A stretch of DNA of 64,000 nt from positions 124,001 to 188,000 of the forward strand of contig MU058418.1 in NCBI GenBank assembly GCA_013265495.1, written 5' to 3'. The notes beneath the pieces were generated by a model that was given only the letters and a program-made list of their open reading frames with translations, had not been told where the DNA came from and made no database searches. This DNA comes from Vicugna vicugna (lineage: Eukaryota). Positions 26,773-38,789 of this stretch are shown here, one piece after another. Positions within the stretch are counted from its first letter, which is position 1. Each line of letters starts with the position of its first letter. A program made the position numbers and the translations under genes.

Positions 26773-27605
26773 TGCTGTAGACTGAATGTCTCCTCTTAAA
26801 ATTTTTGGAGAGGAAAAAAAATTTTTTTCTCCATCATTCTAAGTTCATGGCTGGGGCCCCTGTAACAAGTCAGATTAACAAGAAGAAAAGGAAAAAGGAG
26901 GGTTTTTGTTTCTGTTTTTGTTTTTTAAACATGTATACTTCATGGGCACATGGGAGAGACCCAGGGGAAAAATTAGTAATTCTCAAGGAGATGGCTTAGA
27001 ATTCAGGCTTAAATACTATCTTCAGTTAAATCAAAAACAAGGTGTGGGTGAGGCTGGTTATGGATAGGTGACCAGGAAAAGTAGGTGCCGTCTCCACTGA
27101 CAAGAATCTCTAGCAGTTCAGAGCCAGCCTTCTCTTCCAGGTACAGGGAGGGAGTCACCCTCACAAATAATGATTTTCTTCATAAATACATATTTCCCTT
27201 ACAAAAAGATTACTTCTGTTTTCAGGGCTTCTCATGTGTCTGCTGTTTCTCAAAATAGTCTTTATGACACAGAGGTGTATTTTATGGTGGCCTATTCTGC
27301 CATCCTTCAGTATGCTGAAACCTAACCTCCACCGTGATGGTATTTGGAGGTGGGGCCTTGGGAGGTAATGAGGTGATTAGGGATTAGTGCCCTTATAAAG
27401 AGACCCCAGAGAGTCCCTCACCCCTTCTGCCACATGAGGACTCAGCAAGAAGAGGGCTGTTTATGGACCAGAAAGCAGGAGAAATCGAATCTGCTAGCGC
27501 CTTGAACTTGAACTTCCAAACCTCCAGAGCTGTGAGAAATAAATGTGTTGCTTGTAAGTCAGCTCAGCTATGGAATTCTGTTAGAACAGCCAGAACTGAG
27601 TGAGG
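26773..27605. mobile_element. MLT1/MaLR LTR interrupted by an ERV1 (MER34/39-like) LTR at ~26803-27310
   Basis: TGCTGTAGACTGAATG start resumes at TATGCTGAAACCTAA...GGTATTTGGAGGTGGGGCC...TGTGAGAAATAAATG. Confidence 0.75.
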
Positions 27606-29299
27606 CATAAGGTGGAAGAACAACTAGGCTGGCCCGTAGACCCAGGTTAGGGGGGCCGCCAGAGCATGCACATCTGTGCCACCAGGATGCATCCACTCTG
27701 TAAATAACGCCAAATGCTTCTCACATCTCTTACCCTCTGTCCTCAAGAAGCACCTGAGTTCAAATGCCAGGATGGTCGGTGGGCTGGGCCACTGCCAAAG
27801 TGGAAGATGGACATTGCCTCAGGTTATGGGAAAAGGTGAATGGCACAAACATTTAGGTATGAGAGAAAACTGAAGTAACTTGTCAATTCTTCCTCTGACA
27901 TATGTAAATGTAGTAGGTTCCCACATGGTGGATTATAATTTCTCTGGCGCCGGAAGTTGCTTCTCTTCCTGCTGCAATTTGCAGCTCTGGAGGGTCTCAT
28001 GACCTGGGGTGGTACCCAACAAGTGCCCACAGCCACAGAGAAGTATCTTGCCATATGAAATATCAATTTTCATACTCACTAACTTGCTGTAAAGTGCATG
28101 AAGCATGATGTCATCTCCTTATACTGGAAACCAGAGAACGCTGAATGCAAGAATTTAAATTGCTTTGCTTTTACTAAACTATTCTATTGTATTTAAAATT
28201 TTCAAACAATAAATTTAAGATTCTTTAAAGAATTTCAATTTTAAAAGGCTAATATTCATTAATAATTTGCTCTCCACTTTTAAATTTTAGCAGATAATTT
28301 TGACTTTTTGAAGACTAACTTTTAAGCACATACATTAAACAATTTAAATTTTTCTACTGTTTGATTAATTTTATATACAGTTTAATGAAAACTTACTTGA
28401 ATAATATTTGAATACAACTATATTTTCATTTTTAATCCTCTAGACCATTGCCAAAAATCTTGATTATAACAACAGAACTGGTAATTTTGCTTAAGTGAAA
28501 GTAAGAAAAATAGATTTACAGAAACATTTATGAATTACACATGTCTTTTTTTTTTTTTTTGGTCTCATCCAAACATCAGTAGCCCATCAGCAGACTTGTA
28601 CAATAATAATTAGATTTAGTCAAATTTTCCCAATTTCCTGTCATATAAAAACCATGCTTTATTTTTGTCATTAGGAAGATATATTAATCAATGTAGGAGG
28701 GTAAAGTATACTTTATTTAACAGTTGTTAGCTTGATTTATAACTTTTAAATACTTAGACACTTGGAATATGCCTCCAATTTGTATGGTTGCCCTGCGTGT
28801 TAGTGACAGAGGATGAACTGGGTGCCTGCTAATCTCACTCCATCAGAATTAAGAGCAGTATCAGCCTGGCACATTTACTCATACCTGAGGTCCCTACAGT
28901 CATTCAGAAATCAGAGAAGCCTTTTTAAAAATGAAGCCATTTCTGAAAATTATCCACTTATAATGTCTTATGATAGATACCACGGACAGTAATAGATAGA
29001 ACAGAGACATCCTTTGTAAAGTCATATACAGAAAGGTCGTATATCGCAAAGGGATGAGAAAAGCCCAGCTGAGAAAGAAAGCAGGCAAATCAGAGACAGT
29101 TTAACTGTTGTTGAAAGGACCACATTGGTGAGCCCATAATAGATAGGAGGGTGAGATTCTGTCAGACTTAATAGCAGGGAAATGAGAAGTCAGTCACTCC
29201 TAGAGACTGAGAAATACATCGTGGACAAGCAGGTAAGAAGCAACTTAAAAGTGAAGCCAACAGGCAAATGAAAGAGACAGGAATTAAGATCTATGGCAG

Positions 29300-29435
29300 T
29301 GGGAAGGGTGTAGCTTGGTGGCAGAGTGTGTGCTTAGCATGCACGAGGTCCTGGGTTCAATCCACAGTATCTCCATTAAAAATCAATAAATAAATAAACC
29401 TAAATGCCCCGGCCACCGAAAGGTCTGGAAAAAAA
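29300..29435 (+). mobile_element. tRNA-derived SINE (Vic-1-like)
   Basis: GCTTAGCATGCACGAGGTCCTGGGTTCAATCC core with an AAAT tail. Confidence 0.85.
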
Positions 29436-29590
29436 ATTTTTTTTAAATTTGTTGAGTTCCCCCAAGAGCTAGACACAGTGCTAAGCACCTAACATACCCT
29501 GTCGCATAACCTTCAACTATACAACACACCAGAGGTTTTAATAGGATCTAACATATTAAAGCTGTAGAAGGGAGACTACTTAACCCTTAA

Positions 29591-30070
29591 TGTAACTGAG
29601 CAATGGGCTTGTGTGCCCACAGTGCAGAAAGACAAACCTTGACAGCAGGTGTTTGCAGCAAAGCAAGGACTTATTGCAGGGTGCCAAGCAAGGGAGTGGG
29701 AGACAAACCTCAGGTCCACTCCAACTTGGTCTGAGTTGGAGATGTTCTAAAGGGGAAGAACAAAGAAGCCAGGGTTAATTTGTGACATTTCTTAATTGTA
29801 GTTTTGGGAGTCAGGATGCCTACAGTTTATGAGTCTTGTCTGTGAGGTCATCTTACCCTGGAGGAACAACCTGAGTCTGTACATTATCGATGCTATCAAC
29901 AACAGCAACTTTAGTCCTCTAACTCTCGTTGTATGCTTGCCCTGCGTGTTAGTGACGGAACACTGTGAGCACAGGATTGAGGTCAGAAGAGACAAGCCAG
30001 GGAATACAGTTTTGGATAGAGAGGTTAATCATAAACTCTGCACAGGAACTTGGTTTTTTAAGGGGTTTCA
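29591..30070. mobile_element. 480-bp solo ERV1-type LTR
   Basis: TG...CA termini with a 4-bp TSD TTAA (29587-29590 and 30071-30074). Confidence 0.8.
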
Positions 30071-30408
30071 TTAATGCCTATAGAGCATAGTTCAAACTTG
30101 CTGGTAAGATGCACACCACCTTTGCCCCTGGCCCTAATTAGCCACCCAGTGTCCCCCTCCCCAGCATGTGGCCCTTCTCATGTCCCAGCACACCAGCGGT
30201 TTCATGCCTCTGTCCCTTTGCACATGCTGTTCCCAGGGATGGGGGTGCCTTAATTCACCAGCAAACTCCTACCCATCGTGCAAGCTTCTGCTTAAATGTC
30301 ACCTTCTCAGTGAAGCTTTATCAAATCCTTCCAGGCCCAGCAAGTTTACTTCCTCTTTCTGTCTCCAGAAACCCTCCATATCATCACACATATTAAAACA
30401 TGTCTTGT

Positions 30409-30531
30409 AGGGGGAAAGGTATAGTTCAGTGGGTGGGCACCTGGATTCAATCCCCAGTACCTCCATTAAAAATAAATAAATAAATCTAGTTGCACCCCCC
30501 CATAAAAAACAAACAAAAAACAAAAGAAAAA
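30409..30531 (+). mobile_element. Internally deleted tRNA-derived SINE
   Basis: The head lacks the anticodon-arm segment. Imperfect TSD AAAACAT(G/A)T(C/T)TTGT. Confidence 0.8.
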
Positions 30532-30684
30532 AAAACATATTTTGTCACATTACAACGATCTGCTCTTGTGTCTGTCTCCTTCAGATGGCAGCTCCTCATG
30601 GACAGCGCAGTATCTCAGCACTTATGCTGTGCCTAGAGTACGGTAGGGATGTAATACATGCACACTGACTGAAAGAATAATTAG

Positions 30685-30835
30685 AGGGGAGGGTATAGCT
30701 CAATGGTAGAGTGAGTGCTCAGCATGCATGAGGCCCTTGGTTCAATCCCTAGTACATCCATTAAAAACTAAATAAACACAATTACCTACCCGCTAGAAGA
30801 ATTTTTTTTTAATTTTTAAGGCAAATTAAAAAATT
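30685..30835 (+). mobile_element. tRNA-derived SINE (Vic-1-like)
   Basis: GGGTATAGCTCAATGGTAGAG...GGTTCAATCCC core. Confidence 0.85.
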
Positions 30836-31067
30836 AAGAACAATTGAATGAATGAATGTACACAGGTACTATTTACACATGTAAACCACAGACATGTAAG
30901 CAACTAGCTAGAATATCTCAGAGTATCTTCCTTTCATTTTAGTTCAGTCTGCTGGATGAGATCTGACCATGACCCTCCTTCCTTAGCTATATCTTTCAGA
31001 AACAAGTGAATGACTCAAATGACACGTGACTTGTGTTAACATAACATGACAACAATAGACCACGTTA

Positions 31068-31262
31068 GACCAATGCATCCAACAGAACATTCAGCAGTGA
31101 TGGAAATAGTCTATATTTGCACTTGCTGATATGGTAGGCACTAGCCAAATGCAGCTACTGGGCTCTTGAAATGTGGTAAGTGCAAATGAGGAAGTGAATT
31201 TTTAATTTTAATTAATTGACAAAAACCACATGTGGCTAGTAGACTAAATTGGACAACACAGC
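31068..31262. mobile_element. MER3-like hAT element
   Basis: TCCAACAGAAC...CACATGTGGCTAGT...ATTGGACAACAC pattern. Confidence 0.7.
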
Positions 31263-32033
31263 TTCAGACGATCGTTAACCCACAACTTTGTAGGGAAGTT
31301 CTACCTCATTATAATTTTTCTGTACAAAAAGCCAAACACTCAGCCACTGACAAGCTAGGTAATCTTAAGAACTTCCTTACCTTTTCTGTTTTTCATTTTA
31401 CTCACCTGTAAACCTGGCAAGAGGGACCAGATGATAGAAGGCTGACAGCTCAAAGCTCCTTGAACGTACACCTTTGGGTTCAGTTCACAGCAAGTCCTCT
31501 GGACGGACAGTTGGCGGGAGGACCCCTATACCCCTTCCCAGATTGCGGGGGCAGACACGGGCTTATGCACTCACGTGGGTTCCAGTTTTCCCCAGAGAAT
31601 TACAGACAGGTAAATTCCAACCCAGGAGTCAGAGGGCCACACTGCAAACACTTAAGTTCCCCAGAGGGAAATCCTCTGTTCTAAATCTTAAAGAAGAATG
31701 GGAAAAGGCCTCACCTGAGCAAAGCAATCCATCCTCAGGCCCTGTCAGTTCTTCAGGCTGGAGCTGTCAGGGTAGCTTCCTGTGTCAGGGGTAAATCATT
31801 CAGCTTCTTTCCCGTAGGATTTTTGTGCTTAAAAAGACTGAGACTTGTAAAGCCATCTGGGCTTCTAATCAGGTTTACTAAGCCTGATTATCTAATTTCT
31901 ACCTGTTAAAAAAAGCACTTTGCAATTCCTAAGTTCCACGGAGAGAAAAACGCTAAATCCCTTTCCCGGTTCTCTGAGACAACTGGGCTCACGTGTGTAT
32001 AACTTGGAACGCCTAGCTGGTCCCTTTTTCTTA

Positions 32034-32160
32034 AAAGGGAAGGGGAAAGACAGAGAGGAGGGAGAGAGAGAAAGAGAAAGGGGGAGAATAGAAGGAGGAG
32101 GAGGAGGGACAGGAGGCGGGGGGGGGACATAAGTAGAAGGAAGAAGAAGAAAGAGGGAGA
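32034..32160 (+). repeat. Purine-rich low-complexity tract
   Basis: ~125 nt that are almost entirely G/A. Confidence 0.85.
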
Positions 32161-32829
32161 CAGCAGCTGAAGCTCTAGGTCGGTGGTACTCCATGCTGAG
32201 TGTCATCAGAATCACCTGGAAGACTTGTTAAAACATTGCTGGGTCCTGCTCCAGAGTTTCTGACTTAGTAGGTCAGGAAAAGGACCCTAGGTTGTGCACT
32301 TCTAAATCCCCAAGCGATGCTAATACTGTTGGTGATCATGACATCACCCTGTGAGAACCACTGCTGTCACTGCTTCTGCCCTCAGCTACTTTTCTTGCAG
32401 TTCCGGACAGAGTTTGAGTCAGTTCCTCAAAATGAAAAGATGTGTAAGTGTGTGCTTAGAGAGAAGGGGCTTGGTTAATATGTTTCCCCCTTGTCTCCAC
32501 TCCTACCCAGACATACATGAGGCAAAGCAGACTGGATGCCTGGTGGCTGCTGCCAGTAACAAGATCTGGTGGGAAAGTCTGGAAGACCTTGCAGTTGGTT
32601 TCAGTCACCCGGCTGGCACCCTTGGCTGGAGGGCATGCTGGTCAAGGGCACACCTGTGCGCAGAGGGACAGCTTTCTCCTCAGGGTATCACAGCCCCCAG
32701 TAGAACCCTCATCTCACCACCGTAACTCGTCAAAGGCCATTGTTACATAGCATTATCCTTTCCTGTTGAGAAAGAAGAAAATCTGTAAGTATGTAAGGGC
32801 TTTTGACAAAGGTCTGCCTTGATCATTTA

Positions 32830-33195
32830 TAAAAGTAAAAGGAAGGAAATGATTTTTTTAAAAAGATATTAATTAGAAAACAAAGAAACAATCAAAAGGA
32901 TTTTTTTAAAGCCAAAAGTTGGGTACTTAAAAACACTACTAAAATCGAAAACCTCTGGTAAGGTGGATCAAGAAAAAGAAAAAAAAAAACAAAGGAGGTA
33001 AACAAATACATTACAAATTTAAAAGATTAAAAAATATTATGAGCAATTTTATGCCATTTAATTGGGAAATACACACAATGAACTAATGAATTTCAAATCA
33101 TGATGAAAATGTGATATTTGTCTTTGACTTCACTTAGTGTAATCACTAGGTCCATCCATGTTGCTGCAAATGGTATTATTTCATTCTTTTTTATG
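32830..33195. mobile_element. Old L1 fragments (plus-strand ORF2-like 32830-33100; minus-strand 3' piece 33109-33195)
   Basis: A-rich L1-like text, and IHVAANGIISFFFM is the antisense of the L1 ORF2 end. Confidence 0.65.
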
Positions 33196-33243
33196 AAGGA
33201 TGGTGAGTATTCTTTTCATAGCAATAAAGTTATTTACATAAGT

Positions 33244-36200
33244 TTGTTAGCAGATAGATGGGCCCCTAAATTAGGAAGCCCACTGAAGTGTGTGGGTCCT
33301 TGCCACTGGCTGTGAAAGAATTCGAGCAGCAGAGGCCGAGGAACAAAGTTAACAGCTGCTTCATTGCTCAGAAGAGGAAAAAAAGAAAGTGCTTAGATGG
33401 GGAAAAGGAAAGAAAGGCACTCAAGCGAGGAAAAGGCGTTAGAGCAGGGAGCTGTCAGCCAAGATGTCTGGTAGAGACAGCTCCAGCTGTGGCTCGGGCT
33501 TTTAAGGGAAGCTTCTGCTATCATGTCCTCATTTGGGGTATGCTGGAGCCGATCATCTTCTTTTCCATCCTTGTACATGGGCTTTTCTGGTGGTTGCCAT
33601 GGCAATTGTCAATTGTCATGGCATTGGTGGGTGTGTCACTTAGCATGCTAATGCATTACAACGACCATATAATGAGGCTCAAGGTCCGCTGGAAGGCAAA
33701 TCCTCTGCCATCTTGGGCTTCACAGGTTCTAACCAGTTCTTGTTTCTTCTCTTTGCCTCCTGAGACTTAGAGAAGAGTAACTGGTTTCTCTTTGAGGGAG
33801 GAGCAGGGGTATGATCCTGCGGGCAACAACCAGGGGGTAACCAGGACCCTGCCCAAGGCTACACTATTGTTTCTTGATTGTTCCTCCCTTATTTCTGCAT
33901 TCCTTCCCTTCCCTGATTAGCAACTGTTTGAATCTGCCCCTTGGAACTCAGGGGAGGTCAAGGAGATTGAATGAAGCCTATTTCTTTCAGAAGAGAAATG
34001 GGGAAACAGGAAAGATGTGTACCAGGGAGGACCCCACAGTTGTTCTGCTAGTATCAAGTTCACTAAGAATCTGTTCTTCTCCTAACAAGACATAAATGGA
34101 AACATTGGTTATATTGTCAAAGCTTTGCTGGAATGTTATGTTTGAGAAAAACATGCACAGAATCAGATATGACCAGACAGCTTTAAGAAACTAAGAGTGA
34201 CATTATGAAGCCACATTGCCCCTTGGTAAAACAACCCAGTACCTTGCTTACAGGGTTCCTAACAGTCTTAACAAGTAAGGAAGGAAGATCACTTCCTGGC
34301 AGGCACAGGAACCTCAGTATATTTGGGGGACCTCAAGAAAAGAGGAATTCATCTCAATCCATAGGTATTACTGGTGAGTCTGATGGTAAGTTCTTGCCAT
34401 AACTTCCTGGCCCCAAGAGGCATTTAAAATTTCAATCTGCAGATTCCTTACAAAATTTTCCCACAAAGCAAATTCAAAAGAACCTATATGGTCATTTGCT
34501 ATTCTTGCTGGACACATAAATAATTGGGCCAAGTTTAATGAAGCTAAACTTATTTTGCAAACAAATTAATCTTAATTTACTTTGGTAGACATGAGGGTGA
34601 TTATTGAGAAGGTATTTCAACAGAAACTATAAAACACAGTTGTGTATACTAGATTTAGTCTGTTAATCATCTTTAAGGTTTTGTTTTCCTGTAAACTGGA
34701 CTGGAACCTGAATTCTAGTTTCCTCTGATATTTGACTACAACTCTCCAAACTAGTATTTCCAATTTTTCTCCCACTTCGACTTGGAATCACTGAAAACTA
34801 AAGCTGCCCTTATCATGAAGCCCTGCAAACTGAAGCTGATAAAACCTTGAGAAATTGTTACCAGGGCTTTTGCCCCAGAATCACACCCCTGCCCCTCCCT
34901 TCTATAGAAATCAGTTACTCTTCTCTAAGTTTCAGGAGGAAGCTGTAAAGAGAAAAAAACAAGAACTGGTTAGAACCAACTAGGACCGAGATTGTGGAAG
35001 ATATGACTTCCAGCTGACCTTGGGCCTCATTATATGCTCATTGTAAGATATTAGCATGCTAAATAACACATCTACCAGTGCCATGACAGTTGACAACTGC
35101 CATGACAATAACCAGAAAAGTCCACACAAGAACTGAAAAGGAGAGCTGCATCAGTTCCAGGTCCAAACCATACCCTTGTTCTCAGATAACTCATGAATAT
35201 TCCTCCCACTCTTTCTAATTCCTTCCCTATACCTCAGCCCTCCTATATATTTGGTGTCTTTGCCAGAATTGGGTTGAGAAATTGATTTGTGAATAAGGTT
35301 CCTGTTTCTCCATTCTTTGGCCATTGGATAAAGCTTGTGCTGTTCCAGTCTCAGCATTGGTTTCATTATTGGCTGAGAGGATCCCATTGAAAAACAGAAC
35401 CTCCCCAGGCTAGGACCCGGTGCAGGTCCATTCAACCAATTCAGTAACAAGATCACTACAATAGCCTCATGTCTATTGATGTGCAAGCCACTCAGAAAGT
35501 TCACCAGAGCAGTCAATAACATCATCAGATTCAAAATGCAAAACATCCTTCGACCCCACCTAGAAATTTTCTCTCAATTGACTGCCCTTCAGACTGGCTT
35601 TGTACTTTGCTCCAACCATTAACCATTTTTTACCTTTTGTCTCCATAGAAATGCCTCTTATTAAATACATAATTGCTTGTACTCTACAGGCCTGACTTTG
35701 AGAGCCCACTTGCATCACCACCTTTTGAAATGAGTAACTGAACTGACCTACTGTCAGGACTAAGAGACTGGTTCAGTGACATGAAGCAATCTACCAACTC
35801 AGCTTCCTGACTGTGAAACTTCTTAAAAGATGTTTCAAAGGTGGTAGCACTGGGGAGCAAAACTTGCCACCCCAAAATGTCTTTTTGGCATATTAATTGT
35901 TTTAAACTGGTTATTTTCTGAGAAATGGCAGACCTGGGAAGGGCTCTGAAAACCAAATAGCAGTAGCACTTTTGTTAGAAACATTTACATTTGTAAAGGA
36001 AATCTCCATTTGTAAGGGTGTCTGGAAGAGAAAGATGACCAAATCTCTAGAAACTCTTGTCAATGGAGAAGGCACTGACTTAAATCTGCATCACAAGCAC
36101 CCTTGTTTACTGTGGTTTTCCTGGTAACTTCCCATAACAGACTCTCCCCACTCTCAACATCATCTTTTGTCTTTAGCTGAAGATAGTATTTAAGGTGGGG

Positions 36201-36285
36201 GTTTCAACCATTTTGGTGAGTTGATCAGTTTTTCTTGGTATCTCCCATGTATATATGTTGTTAAACTTTTTCTCCTGTTAAAAAA
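33244..36285. mobile_element. Nested ERV1 cluster: two MER41-like LTRs in opposite orientation, MER34/39-like LTR pieces and ERV internal sequence
   Basis: TTAGCATGCTAA..ACAC..CCACCA.TGCCATGACA.TTGACAA.TGCCATG motif on both strands. TGCCACCCCAAAATG LTR start at ~35865. Confidence 0.75.
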
Positions 36286-36424
36286 TAGTAATAAATAAAA
36301 TGAATTTAAAAAATAAAGATAAAAGACTATTCATGAGCACATTTTCCATTATATCAAAAACAAAAACAAACAAAACCTAGAAAGAAGTCATAGTCCACGA
36401 AAAGAAGAATAAAAAATAAATTAC

Positions 36425-36968
36425 ATATAGTAAATAATGCCACTTGCAGCAACAAGGATGGATCTAGAAATTATCATACTAAGTGAACTAAGTCAGACAG
36501 ACAAATCACATATCACTTATATTTGGACATTAAAAACAGGACACAAATAAACTTATTTACAAAACAAAAACAGACTCATAGACTCACAGACATAGAAAAC
36601 AAATTTATGGTTACCAAGGGGGAAAGCAGTTTGGGATTAGTAGATACAAACTACTATATACAAAATAGATAAACAACAAGGTCTTACTGTATATCACGGA
36701 ACTATATTTAATAGCTTGTAATAACCTATAGTGAAAAAGAATATGACAAAGTATACACACATTCAATAGCTTAATAACCTATAGTGAAAAAGAATATGAC
36801 AAAGTATACACACACACACACACATATATATATAACTGAATCACTATACTATATACCAGAAAGTTAACATAACATTGTGAATCAACTATACTTCAATTTT
36901 AGAAAGAAAAAAGAAAGAAAAAAAGAAAGGAAGAAAAAAAGAAAGAAAGAAAAAAGAAAGAAAGAAGG
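36425..36968 (+). mobile_element. L1 3' end with internal tandem duplication, (CA)n and (GAAA)n tail
   Basis: GCAGCAACAAGGATGGATCTAGAAATTATCATACTAAGTGAA and other L1 3'UTR motifs. Confidence 0.9.
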
Positions 36969-38149
36969 GTATACTAACACTATGGAATATTATAAGTAGT
37001 TTTTGCTCTTAAAATATCTTTCTTCGGCTATTAACTAACCTTGAGGTTTGGGATAAGTAAGGTGAAGCAGTGGAAAGAACTTTCTTCTCCAGGTAGTTTT
37101 TTTTCCACTTAAGCAAAGAAATAAATAAGTAGTAAATTGTAAGAGAAAATAAAAGAAAATAAAGCCCGTAACAATGTTCAGAGTATGAAAAATATGGCTG
37201 CTCTGCTGCATTAAAAAATAACTTAAAACTCACCTATAGGTCCCCACCCAAAGTACTTTGATTTACTCATCCCTTTATGTAAGAGTAAGTACTTGAGCTA
37301 AATTAAAAGATGGAGCTCAGACTTGCAGGCTTAACTCCTAGCTCGACTCTCAATGCCTTTTGGTCTGACCTAGTGCAGCCCTGTGACCAAATGAAAACTT
37401 AGTCCACTAGGTGGTCTAAACCAGTGAAAACTACAATCCCCACAATGCACTATAGCAGGGGGCAGGTTTCTGTGGAAAAAAATTAAAAATCACAAATATG
37501 TGTATACATACATACTACTTGTTAATCTCACAGTAGTTTTTTAATATTAATTAACATTCTTAAGTTAAAAATCAACTTGGTTCATCTAACTAAATTTTTT
37601 TAAAGGCCAGTGACTAAGTTGGTTATATGTAATCCAATATCACTGTATTCTTTTACCTCATTCCATAATCACGCATAATCATATAGCAATTTTGTCAGTT
37701 TCTAATAATACTAATTAACTCCTATTACTGGCAGATTTAACAATATATCTGTAGTCTTTTACAAATGACTTAAACTGGTAAATGCAAGTGCGTATCGCCT
37801 GTGTAAAATGTCAACAGCGTAAACTGAATTGATATATGAAGCTCTATCACTTCAGCGCCTGAGACAATGTGTAACTGCCTTTGCCTACTGCACAAATGCA
37901 ATGAAGCAGCCCCTTTATGAAGCAGTGAAGTGAAAGTGTGTGCGATGCAGAGCTGGTGAACAGGACGGGAAAAGGAAGGGAGGATGCTCTGAAAACAAGA
38001 AAAAAATCTAATTTAACAGAGCTTGTATCCCCACGAGTGTTAATGAGAACATGTATGAAACTTCTTGAAACAGACGGTCCCTTAGAAATTCTTCCTTTAA
38101 TTTCTGGTTCATCTTTTCATGTCACAAAAGAGCAGTATTTTCAGAGTTG

Positions 38150-38362
38150 GGTTTTTTTTTTTTCCTTTCTTTCTTGTAGTATAGTCGGTTTACAATGTTG
38201 TGCCAATTTCTGGTGTACAGCATAGTATTTCAGTCATACATATACATACATATATTCCTTTTCATTATAGTTTACTACAAGATATTGAATATAGTTCCCT
38301 GTGCTATACAGTAGAAATGTGCTGTTTATCCATTTTATATATAGTAGGCAATATCTGCAAGT
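38150..38362 (-). mobile_element. Short L1 3' end fragment
   Basis: T-run followed by TTCCCTGTGCTATACAGTAG, the reverse complement of an L1 3'UTR motif. Confidence 0.8.
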
Positions 38363-38458
38363 CCCAGAGTTGAGTTTTGTTTGCTTGTTTTGCCATCTAC
38401 TCACCCATGGCCTGACCAGTAAGCTGGACTCAGTTGATCTTTTTAATTGCTTTATTCT

Positions 38459-38475
38459 CTTTTTTCAAAACTTTA

Positions 38476-38512
<37 letters not shown>

Positions 38513-38626
38513 GTATATATATATACATATATACACAAAATTTTTTTAATGGAGGTTCAAGGAATTGAAACCAGAAACTCATGCATGCTAAGCATGTGCT
38601 CTACCATTGAGCTATACCCACCCCTA
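38459..38626 (-). mobile_element. tRNA-derived SINE with (TG)n(TA)n microsatellite in its tail
   Basis: 16-bp TSD TTAATTGCTTTATTCT at 38443-38458 and 38627-38642. Confidence 0.9.
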
Positions 38627-38789
38627 TTAATTGCTTTATTCTTGAAAGGATGTTCTGAACTTCCCTTATATTGTCAGTAAACTCTGGTGTGTGCATTTTT
38701 CTGGTGACAACATCTACAACTCTCAAAGATGTTCAAAGGGGTTGGTGATCCCAGAAAAACCCAAGGCCCATTGCATTAAAATAAGCTCT

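Noticed and set aside
33288..35546. 160-aa and 131-aa hydrophobic ORFs
   Set aside because: They lie within LTR/ERV sequence and show no recognisable env or gag motifs.
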